A DNA stretch of 56,401 nucleotides from Nemertoderma westbladi. Lineage: Eukaryota > Animalia > Xenacoelomorpha. The DNA is taken from contig JAUCBJ010004885.1 of assembly GCA_032718475.1 (NCBI GenBank), forward strand, positions 1 to 56,401, given 5' to 3'. Under the pieces are notes generated by a model. The model was not told the DNA's origin. It did no database searches and was given only the letters and a program-made list of their open reading frames with translations. Below are positions 12,044 to 24,081 of this stretch, piece after piece. A program made the position numbers and the translations under genes. The stretch's first letter is position 1. The number at the start of each line of letters is the position of its first letter.

Positions 12044-15000
12044 TCAATATATATATTCATCATATTCTAAAGGATATAGCAGTTTCAATGGCCTTGTTAT
12101 AATCCTTTTTGAAGGGAGAGTTAGTTTGACAGATCGTATCAGCCCGTCATGACTCTGGATAAGTTGAGTTACTTTACCTAACTTCCACGATCCCCTTGGT
12201 AGGGTTTTCTCCTTTATTATTACAATGGATCCTATTTTTACTTCAGTATCTACAGCATGATTCTGTTTAATGTGTCTTTGATATCGTTCTCTTAGGCTGG
12301 TAAGATATTCATCATTGAATATTGTCCAGCATTGATTTAAATATATCATTCCTTTCTTCCAATACTCTAGTAGGTCTATGGCTTTGGATTTCTTTGTTCC
12401 CGGCGTGTAATCTTTATCCTTCTCATTTTCAATTTCGATATAAGGAATCCCAGGTTTAGTGTTGATAGTTAGAAAATCATTGGGTGTTAGGACGTCGACG
12501 TATCTATCTTCCAGATCCGCACCAACGTAAGTTAAGGGTCGTGTATTGACCACGGCTTCTACCTCTGTCATAACAGTATACAATTGTAGATAGTTAAGAC
12601 GCAATTTTCCTAGAGTTTTCCGCAGTGTACGTTTTATTATGCCAACCATTCTCTCATAGAATCCACCCATCCATGGTGATAGTTCTGGTATATATTTAAT
12701 GTTTATTCCTTTAGTGGAAATGTATGATAATACATCTTCATCATTTGTGACCTTCTTCCATAAGTTATTCATGACAGTGTCTGTGAGTTTGAACTGACCA
12801 GCATTGTCACAAATTATATTAGTAGGAGTTCCTCTCCTAGAGACAAATCGTCGTACACACATTAAGAATTCTTCAGATGATTGATTAGCAGCTAGTTCGA
12901 GATGAATTGATCTCACTACTAAACAAGTGAAAAGACATACCCATGTTTTTACATTTTCCTTTGTAGGAAGTTGTATGTATAATGGTCCTAGGTAATCTAA
13001 TCCAATGTGTTGGAAAGCAATAGCTTCAGTAGTTCTTAGTAAGGGCAAAGGAGGCATAATTGGTAATTTGTAAGGTCCTCCTTCCCATTTTCGGCAGGTC
13101 TTGCATATGAGCAGAACTGACCGCACTGCTCTTCTTCCCTGTGGTATCCAGTACTCTTTGCGCAGGGTTGATAATGTGTGGTTAATCCATGCATGTAGTC
13201 TACTTACATGAATGTGTTCTATTATTAGTGTAGTTAATGGAGATGACTTTGGAAGAAGTTTGGGAAATTTGCAATAATCATCATTACTGATGTTTTCCAA
13301 TCTTCCATAGCATCTGATTAGTCCATCGTTGTCTATCTTTAATCCAAGTTGATTAATAAGATTGTTTCTTTTCCCATTGATGATATCATGTATTATGTCT
13401 TTGAAGTGGTGCGATTGTATGTATTTCTCCCAAATTAATTTCGCATCGTTGATTTCTGTAGTCGTTAGGCATCCATTCAATTTCGTCTTTCCATGACAGT
13501 TTATAATAAATCTCTGAATCCATGCAGAAATACGTAGGATTCTGATCCACTTTGAATATTTATTTATGTCTAGTCCAAATGGTGTAGTCTTCATTTCATA
13601 AGATTTCTTGGTTATAATTGGAAGAGAAGCTTCGAATAGTATTTTGGAGGACATGCAACCCTGTATTGCATCAATTGTTTTTTTTGTTATTTCTTCAACT
13701 CCCCAATTGGGCCATAATGATATATCACTTATGATCCATTTTGGTCCATTCCACCATAATGTGCTATTGTAGAGCTGTTTGGTTGTATATTGGCACCTAG
13801 TTGCAATATCAGCAGGATTATCTTGCGTATTCACATATCTAAAGTTGATGTTACTTGTATTTCTTATTTCTTTCAACCTATTTTCAATAAACACAGTCAT
13901 TCTTTTATCACTTTTGAGCCAGGCTAAAACACATTGTGAATCGCTAAACAGTGTCTTTGTTTCCATTTTCAGCTTTAGTTGTTCTTCAGCGAATTTAATA
14001 CATCGGATGCCAATTACCATTGCCATTAGTTCTAAGCGAGGAATACTTGGCTTTTTTCGTTGATTATCCTTCAAACTCTGTTTTGATATTGGGGCTAATC
14101 TATTTTTTGCAAATAATAACATTGATTTGTATCCAGATTCAAGTGATATCCGTAAATATATTGCTGCTGCGTATGCTGTTTCCGAAGCATCGCAAAAACA
14201 CAATAAATCAAGTTCATAATCCCCCAAGTTGCTCTGTATCTCTCCTTCAAATATATGTCGTGGGATTTGGCATTCACTAATTTTCAATAGTTCGTTGGCA
14301 ATACTTGGCCACCTATTGATTATATTGTCGTTGAGTTTCATATTCCAATCTAGTTTTTCTCCCTTTTGTCTACCTTTCCACACTTCTTGGTATAATACCT
14401 TTGCTTGCAATGTAATAGGAATGAAATATCCTAACGGATCAAATATCTTTCCTAGGTTCTGCAATATGTCACGAATATTTCTTACCTTAGTTTTAATGTT
14501 TGATTCTGCAATATGTATTTTATCGGCTTCAATATTCCATCCAATTCCAAGTACTTTGGTTACACGTGATTTCATTAGATCAGCAGAATTCATTTTATCA
14601 AGTAATTCATTAGAATTTGATGACCATTCATGTAGATTCATAGAGGCTCCTTTAAAAATCTCTTTAGACTCAATATATAATTGTTTACCTTCATCTACAT
14701 TATTCACTGAAGCTATTAAATTATCCACATATAAGTTATCCTGAATAACTTGGGCTACAGGAGTATTGGTATTCTCTAAATGGTGTGCGATAACAGCACC
14801 AAGCAGATACTGGCACGAAATGATTCCAAATGGTATTCGACAAAATCGCATTGTCACAATATTGTTTTTCAATGGTTGCTTTATATCATTTGGGTCTTTA
14901 TACCAGAAGAAACGAGTTACATCTTTATCTGTTTCTTGAATTCCTACTTGTAGATAAGCCTTTTCAATATCTGATATAATAGCTATAGATCTAAGACGAA

Positions 15001-17587
15001 ATCGAATTAGCACCCCTGTCAAGTCTCTCATCAATGATGGTCCACGATACAAACACTCATTTAGGCATTTGCAATCTTTGTTTTTCTTTGCGCTAGCATT
15101 ATATACTATACGTACCTTTGTTGTTGTTTTAGAGGGTTTAATTACAGGATGATGAGGAATATAATGTTTGATTGGTTTATGTTTGTCATTCTCATCCTCA
15201 TCACTTACTGTTTCGATTATACCATTATCCAGTTGATTGTTTATTATTGCGGAATACTTATCATGTAAATCATTGTTCTCGATTAATCTTTGATGTAAAG
15301 ATTTAAATCTATTGAAGGCTAAGTCACGATTTTCATTTGGATATTCATTATTGGGTTTCCATGGCCAACTAACGAAATATCTGTTATTTTCATATTTAAC
15401 ATTTTCTTTAAAATTTATAATCGCTTGATCATCATCATCATTCATAGTTGGGTCTTCTATTCCAATTATTTCCGTCTTCCAGTAACTTTCGCTGTTGTTT
15501 ATTACATTGGGTTCATATTGTTGATCCATATTGTCAAAAATCAACATAGATGTCTCATTAAATGACTTATCTTCATTATCAGTATATCTCCCACTGATAA
15601 CCCAACCAAATGTGGACTTTATCAAGCTTGGGCCTTCAGGCAGATTTATTTTCTCACCTGAAATGAAATCTCCATAATAGTCTAATCCAATGAGGAAGTT
15701 GATGTTTGTAATTTCATTTTCACCTGGAATTGTGTCCGCTAATGGTAAATCTTTCCATATTTCTTCAGATTTACCAAGATCAATTGACGATCTTTCAATT
15801 GGCCCAGTTATAATATTGACGACATGAACTGTTATTTGTTGGGAATTTCCGTTCATATCATATAGATTGATATCTGCTAATTTAAATGGTATCCTGATTG
15901 GTTCCTTTCTACCAAATGTGTTGGCAACAATTTCGCCTGGATCTCTTTCTACTAAATTCAATTCTTTTGAAAATGAATGAGTAACATAAGTCCGCTTGCT
16001 TCCTGTGTCAAAGAAAACTCGTGTTGTAATTGGTTTCATTTTTGTATGTCCAGGTTTCTGAACATCTATTAAGGCAGTTTGCATTATGACTGACTCGTTA
16101 ATTGACATTACTGGCAAACAATTGCTGGGATATCCATTGTTATCTTGCGATTCATTTAACTCCAATCTTTCTTTTGTTGCAACATTTTCAACTAATAAAT
16201 TTGGACTACCCGCACTTTGATTTGAATGTTTTTTATAACATAAGCTTCTATGATGGTTTTTTGTTCTTCCACAGTGAGTACAAGTATAATTATATGTGCA
16301 ATATCTAGTAGAATGACTCTCCTTTAAACAAATGTTACATTTGTTGCTCAACTGCAATTGTTTTTTTCGGGATGCGACATCCGGATATTTGTGGCATTCA
16401 TCATTCCAATGATTTCCTGAGCAATACACACATGATCTATTTTCACCAAAGGATCGTTTACCAGCAACTGTTAATGCATGGCTAGTGGGTTTGTATTGCT
16501 TATAGTTATTTGGTCCTGACCAACCTTTATTAGTATTTTTATTATACGATGTTTCATGGTTATTCTTATTATGAATATCTCCGGAAGTCCTTTCAGTTAA
16601 TGAATCGCGTCTTTCAGCTGCTTCTCGAGAAGCAATGTATCGTTTGAGGTTATTGCGTAAGGTACTTACTTCCCATTTTTCACTTGGATCTTTAAAGTAC
16701 TCTAATTGTACTTTTACTTCCATTGGTAATTTCGAATAAATCATTGATACAAAAATTGGTTGAGAGATGTTTTCACCTAACCCTTCTAGGCTTCTAAGAT
16801 TCTTTTCTATTGAATCATATGTGAGACGCAATCTACTTGTTTCATTCCTAGAAACAGCCAAATTCATTAATTCAGTATATATGGCATCAATTAAGGTTTG
16901 CGTTTCCCCAAATCTTTCTTTTAACAGTTCTACAGCTACATTATAATTTTCATTAGTCAATTGCAATCCTGAAATTGCCCTTTTGGCTTCACCGTCTAAC
17001 TTTGTACGCAAGTAATTAAATTTCTCAACTGGTCTCAACTCATTTTTACTATCAATAGCTGCTTCAAATGAATCCCAAAATTCACCCCATTTTAATACAT
17101 TTCCTGAAAAACGTTCTATATCCAATTTTGGCAAATTAACCTTTACTCTGCTTCCGGCATAGTGAATTGCACTGATGCCCCCACCTTCATTAACTTGCAC
17201 ATTACTCATATTCATTGTTGCCTCTTCAAGGTTCGCTTGTAGGCCTGTTTGTGCTTTGACTTCATTTTGGTATTCATTGATGCGTTGTATTCTCACAATT
17301 AGACGAGATGAAGAATTCATTATTTGATCATTAAATAGTGATACTGTACTAATTTCATTATTCACGGCATCCCCATCATCGTCAGGCAATAAATTTAAAA
17401 TTTGTTCATTAAGGGTATCTAAATCTTGACCATATAATTTAAGTTTATTTTTAGTTATTTCAGCATCTTCTAAATTTATTTCATTTCCATCACTCATTAA
17501 TTCATCAACTATTTTAAATAATTTCTTTATATTGGTCCTTACAGCTTCTCTCTTCAAACGCAATTTATTTGTCCCGGTTCCAGGCAT
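12044..17587 (-). CDS. Bel/Pao Gag-Pol polyprotein, 1847 aa
   Basis: LPKLDIERFSG capsid-like domain, three Cys/His knuckles, FFDTGS protease, RT (YIPHHPV, SDIEKAY, YVDN), FCDAS RNase H, HHCC and DDE integrase. Confidence 0.97.
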   Translation of the reverse strand: MPGTGTNKLRLKREAVRTNIKKLFKIVDELMSDGNEINLEDAEITKNKLKLYGQDLDTLNEQILNLLPDDDGDAVNNEISTVSLFNDQIMNSSSRLIVRIQRINEYQNEVKAQTGLQANLEEATMNMSNVQVNEGGGISAIHYAGSRVKVNLPKLDIERFSGNVLKWGEFWDSFEAAIDSKNELRPVEKFNYLRTKLDGEAKRAISGLQLTNENYNVAVELLKERFGETQTLIDAIYTELMNLAVSRNETSRLRLTYDSIEKNLRSLEGLGENISQPIFVSMIYSKLPMEVKVQLEYFKDPSEKWEVSTLRNNLKRYIASREAAERRDSLTERTSGDIHNKNNHETSYNKNTNKGWSGPNNYKQYKPTSHALTVAGKRSFGENRSCVYCSGNHWNDECHKYPDVASRKKQLQLSNKCNICLKESHSTRYCTYNYTCTHCGRTKNHHRSLCYKKHSNQSAGSPNLLVENVATKERLELNESQDNNGYPSNCLPVMSINESVIMQTALIDVQKPGHTKMKPITTRVFFDTGSKRTYVTHSFSKELNLVERDPGEIVANTFGRKEPIRIPFKLADINLYDMNGNSQQITVHVVNIITGPIERSSIDLGKSEEIWKDLPLADTIPGENEITNINFLIGLDYYGDFISGEKINLPEGPSLIKSTFGWVISGRYTDNEDKSFNETSMLIFDNMDQQYEPNVINNSESYWKTEIIGIEDPTMNDDDDQAIINFKENVKYENNRYFVSWPWKPNNEYPNENRDLAFNRFKSLHQRLIENNDLHDKYSAIINNQLDNGIIETVSDEDENDKHKPIKHYIPHHPVIKPSKTTTKVRIVYNASAKKNKDCKCLNECLYRGPSLMRDLTGVLIRFRLRSIAIISDIEKAYLQVGIQETDKDVTRFFWYKDPNDIKQPLKNNIVTMRFCRIPFGIISCQYLLGAVIAHHLENTNTPVAQVIQDNLYVDNLIASVNNVDEGKQLYIESKEIFKGASMNLHEWSSNSNELLDKMNSADLMKSRVTKVLGIGWNIEADKIHIAESNIKTKVRNIRDILQNLGKIFDPLGYFIPITLQAKVLYQEVWKGRQKGEKLDWNMKLNDNIINRWPSIANELLKISECQIPRHIFEGEIQSNLGDYELDLLCFCDASETAYAAAIYLRISLESGYKSMLLFAKNRLAPISKQSLKDNQRKKPSIPRLELMAMVIGIRCIKFAEEQLKLKMETKTLFSDSQCVLAWLKSDKRMTVFIENRLKEIRNTSNINFRYVNTQDNPADIATRCQYTTKQLYNSTLWWNGPKWIISDISLWPNWGVEEITKKTIDAIQGCMSSKILFEASLPIITKKSYEMKTTPFGLDINKYSKWIRILRISAWIQRFIINCHGKTKLNGCLTTTEINDAKLIWEKYIQSHHFKDIIHDIINGKRNNLINQLGLKIDNDGLIRCYGRLENISNDDYCKFPKLLPKSSPLTTLIIEHIHVSRLHAWINHTLSTLRKEYWIPQGRRAVRSVLLICKTCRKWEGGPYKLPIMPPLPLLRTTEAIAFQHIGLDYLGPLYIQLPTKENVKTWVCLFTCLVVRSIHLELAANQSSEEFLMCVRRFVSRRGTPTNIICDNAGQFKLTDTVMNNLWKKVTNDEDVLSYISTKGINIKYIPELSPWMGGFYERMVGIIKRTLRKTLGKLRLNYLQLYTVMTEVEAVVNTRPLTYVGADLEDRYVDVLTPNDFLTINTKPGIPYIEIENEKDKDYTPGTKKSKAIDLLEYWKKGMIYLNQCWTIFNDEYLTSLRERYQRHIKQNHAVDTEVKIGSIVIIKEKTLPRGSWKLGKVTQLIQSHDGLIRSVKLTLPSKRIITRPLKLLYPLEYDEYIY

Positions 17588-18308
17588 TTCTGCAGGCCTG
17601 TTTGATTATTATTTAACAAATTTCAGCATTGACTTCAGGCATTACTAATGGCCTGTTATTATTCTGTTTGATAATTATATTATTATTTAACATTGGTCTG
17701 TTGGTGTAGGACTATTAGGTATACACTCATTGTACAGTTGTAGTACTGGTATCCAACATTATAAAGAGGATATATACAATATACATATATGGGCAGTCCA
17801 AGTTAATGCATCTTTGACTGCTTTAATTCAATCAAACAATGATGGCTGTTTTCCCAAGCACCGGTAGGCAGTAGGCCTATTATTACGAATGGTTAAGTAT
17901 TAATTATGCACTCACCAAATCATCAAATTCTACCTGTCAGCCGATAGCTGTGGACAATCTTTACGTCTATATGGCATTCCAGATCCTTATATCTGTTACT
18001 GTTTGTATGTGGCGTGGCTCGTTCCTTTTATATTCCAGGATTCGCCAAGTTTAATTGATCCCGATTCAGTATAGGGAATACGTAGCACATATAGCAGTAT
18101 AGGTAGGCCCGTAGGGCCTTAATTAAGTAGGCTGGGCTGTAGGCCTAGCTATTTTATTGTTGATCCCTTTCATTAGCATCAGTACCGGTATCGGTGGAAG
18201 GTTATTCATTTAGTCTAAGCTGTTATCAGATTATACCGTACCGGTACAGCGGTATCGGTAGGCCTATTGGAAATCAGTGTTTTCAGTTTGTTGACGCTCG
18301 AACAGCGC

Positions 18309-18326
18309 AACCACGCTCTGCTACCA
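18309..18326 (-). promoter_or_regulatory. Primer-binding site complementary to initiator tRNA-Met
   Basis: TGGTAGCAGAGCGTGGTT directly after the 5' LTR; matches the conserved tRNA-iMet 3' end ...CTCTGCTACCA. Confidence 0.9.
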
Positions 18327-18568
18327 TGTTTTGGATTCACTCATTCAATTGCGGACAATATAATATGAAATAATAATATGCCGATGTGACATTACTGCAT
18401 TATGTATTCCAGTATTCTTGATGCTCATTTGTCTGACAATTTCAGTTCTAACTATAAAAAAGACACTACTGACTGGTCCGTCTAACGCTACTGCACTACC
18501 GGTAACACATACTGACTAACACTACTGCTTACAATAATTGGGACTTAGGTCATATAAATGTCAAGACA
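18327..18568 (-). repeat. 5' LTR of C
   Basis: Direct repeat of 11778-12019. Confidence 0.96.
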
Positions 18569-18573
18569 ACTTG

Positions 18574-18870
18574 CGGGAGTCGATGTTTAAACTATTTTTA
18601 TTTCTGTATAGAAACCTAAGCCTACTGCTAACTTTCGAGAAAATATTTTTCACTGTGCTTTCTCCTGATAAGCCGTTATCCAATGTGGCGCCAAAATATT
18701 TAACTTCCTTTTTATTTTAATCTTATGTCCATTACTAGTGACTTCAAACTTAGTTACCTTCTTTACCTTTCTTTTGGAACCAAACAAAATACTTTCAGTC
18801 TTACCGTAGTGAATGGATAGCTTATTATCAACCAACCACTCATTACAGGATTCTAGAACTGCACTTAACT
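18574..18870 (-). mobile_element. CR1/L2-group LINE ORF2 remnant (right part)
   Basis: WLVDNKLSIHYGKTESILFGSK..VKYFGATLDNGLSG..RLRFLYRNK. Confidence 0.78.
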
Positions 18871-19559
18871 TTTAGGAACTATAGATTGGATCGGTTGTGT
18901 TTCATCATGTCTGGTTCGGTCCTTTTCAAGGGGTTTTCGATAAAGTTCTATCCAGTTCGGTTCAGATTTGTCTAAATTACTTTCAGCTATTTTTACATTG
19001 AGTTTCTGTGATAAACATCGGAAATGTATCTACAGTATAGTCAAATATTACAAATTCATCAATATTTGTTTAATAAGGGGATCATTACCTCAAATCTATT
19101 TTTTATGAAGCTACTATTCTGAACTTTATAACACAATGATCTGTGATCTATTACTAAAATAAAAAACTGAGTATGGATATTCGTAAACGCGTTTGTTCGA
19201 AAAATGGCACTTTTTGTGCAGGTCGGTTTTTTATAAATTGTATAAATTTCGAAGATTTTATATGTAAAATATCTCATGTTTAAGGATCAGTAATGTAAGG
19301 GAACTCCTCCAGTAAAGGTCACTAGAGAGGGATATCTTTTGTCAGGTGGGTGGGATACTCGAAAGACCCTTATCCGATCCCATAGGCGTTTCCCTATAGT
19401 ACAGTATAATGCCTAACTCCCTTCCCACGTGACTTCAGGTTTCGTTCAGGGAACCTGCTGTTGGTCAACCAGTGGCCTGTCAAGGATATGCGGTAGACCC
19501 CGGATAATTGTATGTATTTAGATATTCATATTTATTTCAGTAATGTATTGAACTACTGT

Positions 19560-19990
19560 ATACCGTTACGAAAAAATGACGCCAAATCAAAACCTGTGCT
19601 CTACAATGTCTACGACTATATGAGGGATGGAACCCACCAAGTTGATAAGCTTATAGGAAAATACTCCGGTAAAACCGAGAGTCGACGGACGGTGTGCTAT
19701 GGTTGCTTTCTAGTATACGCTGGATATACTGCACGATTCAAAGCGCAAACACTTGTTGTTCTCAATAGTAAAGGAAACCCTCGACCGGAGCAGTCGTTTT
19801 GCCAGGGCTAGGAATTCCAACATAGTAAGGCGCTCCAAATTTATTCTCCCGCTCTCTCCGTGTGATAAAATAAAATTTATTTCGGGGTGACATAAAACTA
19901 TGGAGGTAGCCCTCAACCCCGCGGTCAATAAACCTACAATCAAAGACGGCGTGGCAAACAAGCCCACTGCCAAGCTGGTCACGGGAGGCA
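19560..19990 (+). pseudogene. piggyBac transposase C-terminal relic
   Basis: KPVLYNVYDYMRDGTHQVDKLIGKYSGKTESRR resembles the piggyBac KP..Y....GG.D..D....Y..K...RRW motif; frameshifted afterwards. Confidence 0.65.
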
Positions 19991-20500
19991 ACCACTCCAT
20001 CCATTCCCCTTGCAATGCAACTCTTTGCTAATAAACTGGAAACCCGTTCGTTTAGGGAGAAGTTGGTGTTGGATACAAGGTAACTGAATCCACCAATTTA
20101 CCTATAGTAATAACTTGTAACTCGTGCGGCGTTCCCTTTTACCCATATGCAATATTGATTGTTATGAATGCAAACCATTTTTTTAATCTAGATTCCTTTT
20201 TATATAATTGCATTGTCAATACTTATTATTGTTTTTGTTTGATAATTGTTATTAAGTTTAATTATAATAATAAATCATCGTTATTTATGTAACCGAATCC
20301 GCGTTTCTTTAAAATGTTATTTACAGTATTATCAAGTTTCATTATCAAGTATCATCAATTAATTTTCAAGGTTTTTTTTACATCGAAGGATAAGTTTTTA
20401 CCGACAATAACTTTTACTTTTTATTTTCAAAATTGAAGAGGACTAGTCCCATTACAATAAAACGGCAGCTAGCTTTGAAATTCATTCTTCAAATCTCTAG

Positions 20501-20634
20501 AGATTGTTGACTCGGATTCCACTGAGAGGTCCCAGGTTCGAAACTGACCCGACGATGATGAGACTCAATAAGGTAGAAACGCCTGCGTGGTTTAGAAAGA
20601 TATATGAGATATTAATTTCATTATATTTGTACAC
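20501..20634 (+). repeat. B-box/hammerhead-like repeat (copy 2, more diverged)
   Basis: Collinear with 11174-11307; core reads ATGATGA...GAAAC. Confidence 0.6.
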
Positions 20635-21767
20635 TAATGTAACAGAGTGGTTAACAAGTTTAAATAATTTAAATATAATAAATAGTTCTCACATAAAGGT
20701 ATATTTTGTATTAAAGAAAACCTCGGCATACCCAACCAACCTTAAACACAGTACTACACTTACTATAGTAAATATATTATTTTACTTACTAACACCAAAT
20801 ATCTTATTAAAACATATTATAACTAATACTAAAATGTACTTTAATCTCCTAATGTTCTGTATAAGTGTTCGATTCACCTTTAAACCTTCTATTATGGGGC
20901 GAGCCACGAAGTCTAAGTGAGACTTTGCGTGGAGGTATAATATTTAATAGGCCGTCCTCTAACTCATTGGCACAGCTGCGATTTTACCTGCGGCTTTGCC
21001 AATAATTATTAACTAAAAACTCACGAGGTATTCTTTGATAGAATGAATAACTCGTAATATGAATACCAAGAATGAATCAATCGTAATATGAATACCCAGT
21101 ATGAATACCTACTATCAATGCACTTTAACGAATTTACAACAATATTTCCGTTATTAACAATTAAAAATATTAACTATTAATAATACCGATAACTTCATAA
21201 TCGAACCAATCCATGATTTTAACCGATTCAACTACCAGTAATGGAATCCCGTCACCGTCATTAACTCAATCGCTTATTTATCGTCATCATCGTCAGCCCA
21301 AATTATCGTTTGCCGTAACAACCTGACTGAAAAAAGTTTAACCGGAGTTTATCTGCACAAGTACAACCAAAACAAACACAACTACAGGCAATCCATTTCT
21401 AACAACAAGACATACTGATCGCTAGATGTAGAGAACTCTTTTGGTTGGTATCGAACCAGAATATCACGAGACACGATTTTTATTTTTTTTCTCTTTTAGA
21501 CCAAATATAGCAACACTAGCTATGCTACTGCTTTCTTTGACTAATTAAATAACAACACAAACTCATTAGGCTACACAAGTCGGAATATTTGTTTGTTCAT
21601 AGGATAATATATGTCAATTATATATTAATATATATCATAATAATAGTCGAGATAAACAAAAAAAACATAAAACATAAAGCTTTATACAAAAAGCAATTTA
21701 ATAAATTTATTTAAAAAATTATTGAATTATTCAAAAATAGCGCGACCTAAGCCAATAATATTAATTC

Positions 21768-22448
21768 TCAAAAAATTCCATAAACCAATAGGATGAGAGT
21801 AAGTAATATACTAGGGGTTACATTGAGTGCGATGGACGTTGGACCGTTAGGTTTAACTACATCTTCTCTAACACCAGTGGTTGTTATATTGGGTGCGATG
21901 GAGGTTGAGCCGTTAGGTTTAACTATATCTTTCCCTTCTTCAGTTGGTTGTTGTTGGTCCGATTCCGTATTAACCGCGCACTCGTGTATTTCTATTGATG
22001 GAACCAGGTATGACCTCCCGCCCTTAAACTCTATATACATCCCATGTTTCCCAATCTCCTGTTTTATATGCCGCCCTTCCTCTCTCTTACTTGTAACATG
22101 GACGTTAGTATAAGTAACTCTGATTACTACAGGTCGTCCCGAAACTGAAACTATTAAACTATTATTAGTATAACCGTCGTTGTATCGCTCCACGTTTATT
22201 TCCCCATCCTCGTAGTCCAACTCAAATACAGGATAACCATCAATCTCTCCAAGGATCCCTCTTATATCGTTGATGACTACATCGCTTGTGAGTTGATAAC
22301 TTAACGTTAAGTTACGTCCCTCCTCCACACAGTTCTTACCAATAGGATCTTCTATGGTGAGTTTGGTAGGATCGTAGGTGTCATCTATTCCGTGGCATAA
22401 AGACGTCAGATGGATCAAAAGAAAGGCAGATAAGTAAATAATTAACAT
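21768..22448 (-). CDS. Intronless cell-surface protein: signal peptide, putative atypical Ig-like domain, Thr/Pro stalk, hydrophobic C-terminal tail (GPI-signal-like)
   Basis: 226-aa ORF with N-terminal hydrophobic peptide, VEEGRNLTLSY motif, two Cys in the mature domain, NxS/T sequons, terminal ILLTLILLVYGIF; paralog at 49788-50743. Confidence 0.8.
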   Translation of the reverse strand: MLIIYLSAFLLIHLTSLCHGIDDTYDPTKLTIEDPIGKNCVEEGRNLTLSYQLTSDVVINDIRGILGEIDGYPVFELDYEDGEINVERYNDGYTNNSLIVSVSGRPVVIRVTYTNVHVTSKREEGRHIKQEIGKHGMYIEFKGGRSYLVPSIEIHECAVNTESDQQQPTEEGKDIVKPNGSTSIAPNITTTGVREDVVKPNGPTSIALNVTPSILLTLILLVYGIF

Positions 22449-22785
22449 GGCTGATAATATTAGATATTAATAATTTATATTGAAATTCAACTTGTAAACA
22501 AATAAAATATAATAGATTAATAAATAATATAAATTAGTTAACCAAATTATTATTGCTAGGCGTTCTAGAACTAGATGGAGCCGGACTGGAGGAAAACTAT
22601 TTCTTATTATATTTCTTAATTTTAATCTTCTATTTTATAGATAATAATGATAACGAATTGTAGGAATAGCATTCTACAATTATATTTACTATAAATTCAT
22701 AATTGCGTTGTATGTGTTTTTGATAATAAAGTCTTTAACAGTTTAGGTCATGACCGCGGCATTTCTAGCTAATTTAAATATTTAA

Positions 22786-23488
22786 GGGGGGGGGGGGGGG
22801 GGGGGGTACACCATTTTCGGACAACTCTTCGATTTATCACTCTCAGCGTTTAAAATTTTTTTGGTTTTGGCTATAATTTGGAATATAGGTGCCTAAGATG
22901 CTATTCCACATGACAGGTTAGAAAATTTTTATTTTTCGCTATTTAATATTAGTTAATACTAGTTAACAACAAAAAAAACGTGGTTGCGCTTAAAACCCTA
23001 AGGCTTTTACAGTTTTGAATCTAATCATCTAATCGAATCTAAAGTTTTTTTATATGATAGATCAAAGATGGGGCAACATTTTGTTAAAATAATTCTGCAC
23101 CGCTAGGTGGCGCTGCAAATGTATGCCTAATTTTTAGGTTTGTTATAAATAGTATTAAATTTTATTAACAAATAATTTCGAAAAGGGCAGGATGGCTATG
23201 TAGACACCCACAGAAAGTTTCAGACTAATTGCTCAAAAATTATAGAAGTAGTAGGACTTTGAAGTTGACAATTTCATAAAAAAAATATTTTGAGATAATC
23301 GACCTTTCAATATACATAGTAATAGTAATTTCAATAGGAATCCCTAAATGGAAATTGTTATAACTTAAAAACTAAAAGAGCTATTTAATAGCGGTTTTCA
23401 GATTTGGAAACACCATTCAATGGTGCATTATAATAGATCATAAAAAAAATTTCGACATATTTTTGACCAAAATGGTGTACCCCCCCCC
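22786..23488. mobile_element. Non-autonomous DNA transposon (Kolobok-like MITE)
   Basis: TTAA on both sides; TIR G(n)TACACCATTTT / AAAATGGTGTAC(C)n; purine-purine 5' terminus. Confidence 0.8.
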
Positions 23489-24081
23489 TTAAATATTATT
23501 ATGGCAGTGCAAGCAAGCGAAAAGTTACCTTATTGTCAAAATGAGGTTTTTGAGTTAGATATTGCATGTGATTTGCCAACATCTCAACTCTCTAATGTGC
23601 TAAACATCATCCTGATTGGATGAGTGCATCCAGAGTTATTAGCATTAATGAATCGCAATAATTTTTATTGTCCGTTTAAATCCTTTTTTTGTCCTTTTTT
23701 TTATTTTTTATGTCCTCCAAAAGTCTAATGTTAGGTTCCATGCTACCGGTTTCTCTACTGCTGTTCTCCCAGGCTATCAGTACCAGTATTAGTATATATA
23801 GCACTATTTTGCTGTATTGTATGTACAGATGTAGGTATAAAGCAGGTATTTCTGTATTTTAGTACCGGTACCGGCACCGGTACTGCCATAGGCCTACTGT
23901 GTAGCCTACCATTTAAATACGGTAATGGTAGGCCTACCGGTTGTGCTAATAAATTTTAAATAATTGATAGGCCAAACTGGAATGCAGGATTGTGGAAAAT
24001 GTGGATATACCTTTCACATAATTTAGGCCTGTTACTGTATTAGTTCTATCGTCTCTGTAACCTGCTCCTTTCCCTCAATTA

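Larger units (their letters stand above)
11778..18568 (-). mobile_element. Intact full-length Bel/Pao LTR retrotransposon (element C)
   Basis: 242-bp LTRs with no difference seen; 5-bp TSD ACTTG (11773-11777 / 18569-18573); PBS, PPT and one uninterrupted gag-pol. Confidence 0.97.

Noticed and set aside
20504-20920. 138-aa ORF
   Set aside because: Starts at TTG within a repeat and runs into AT-rich sequence; no protein features
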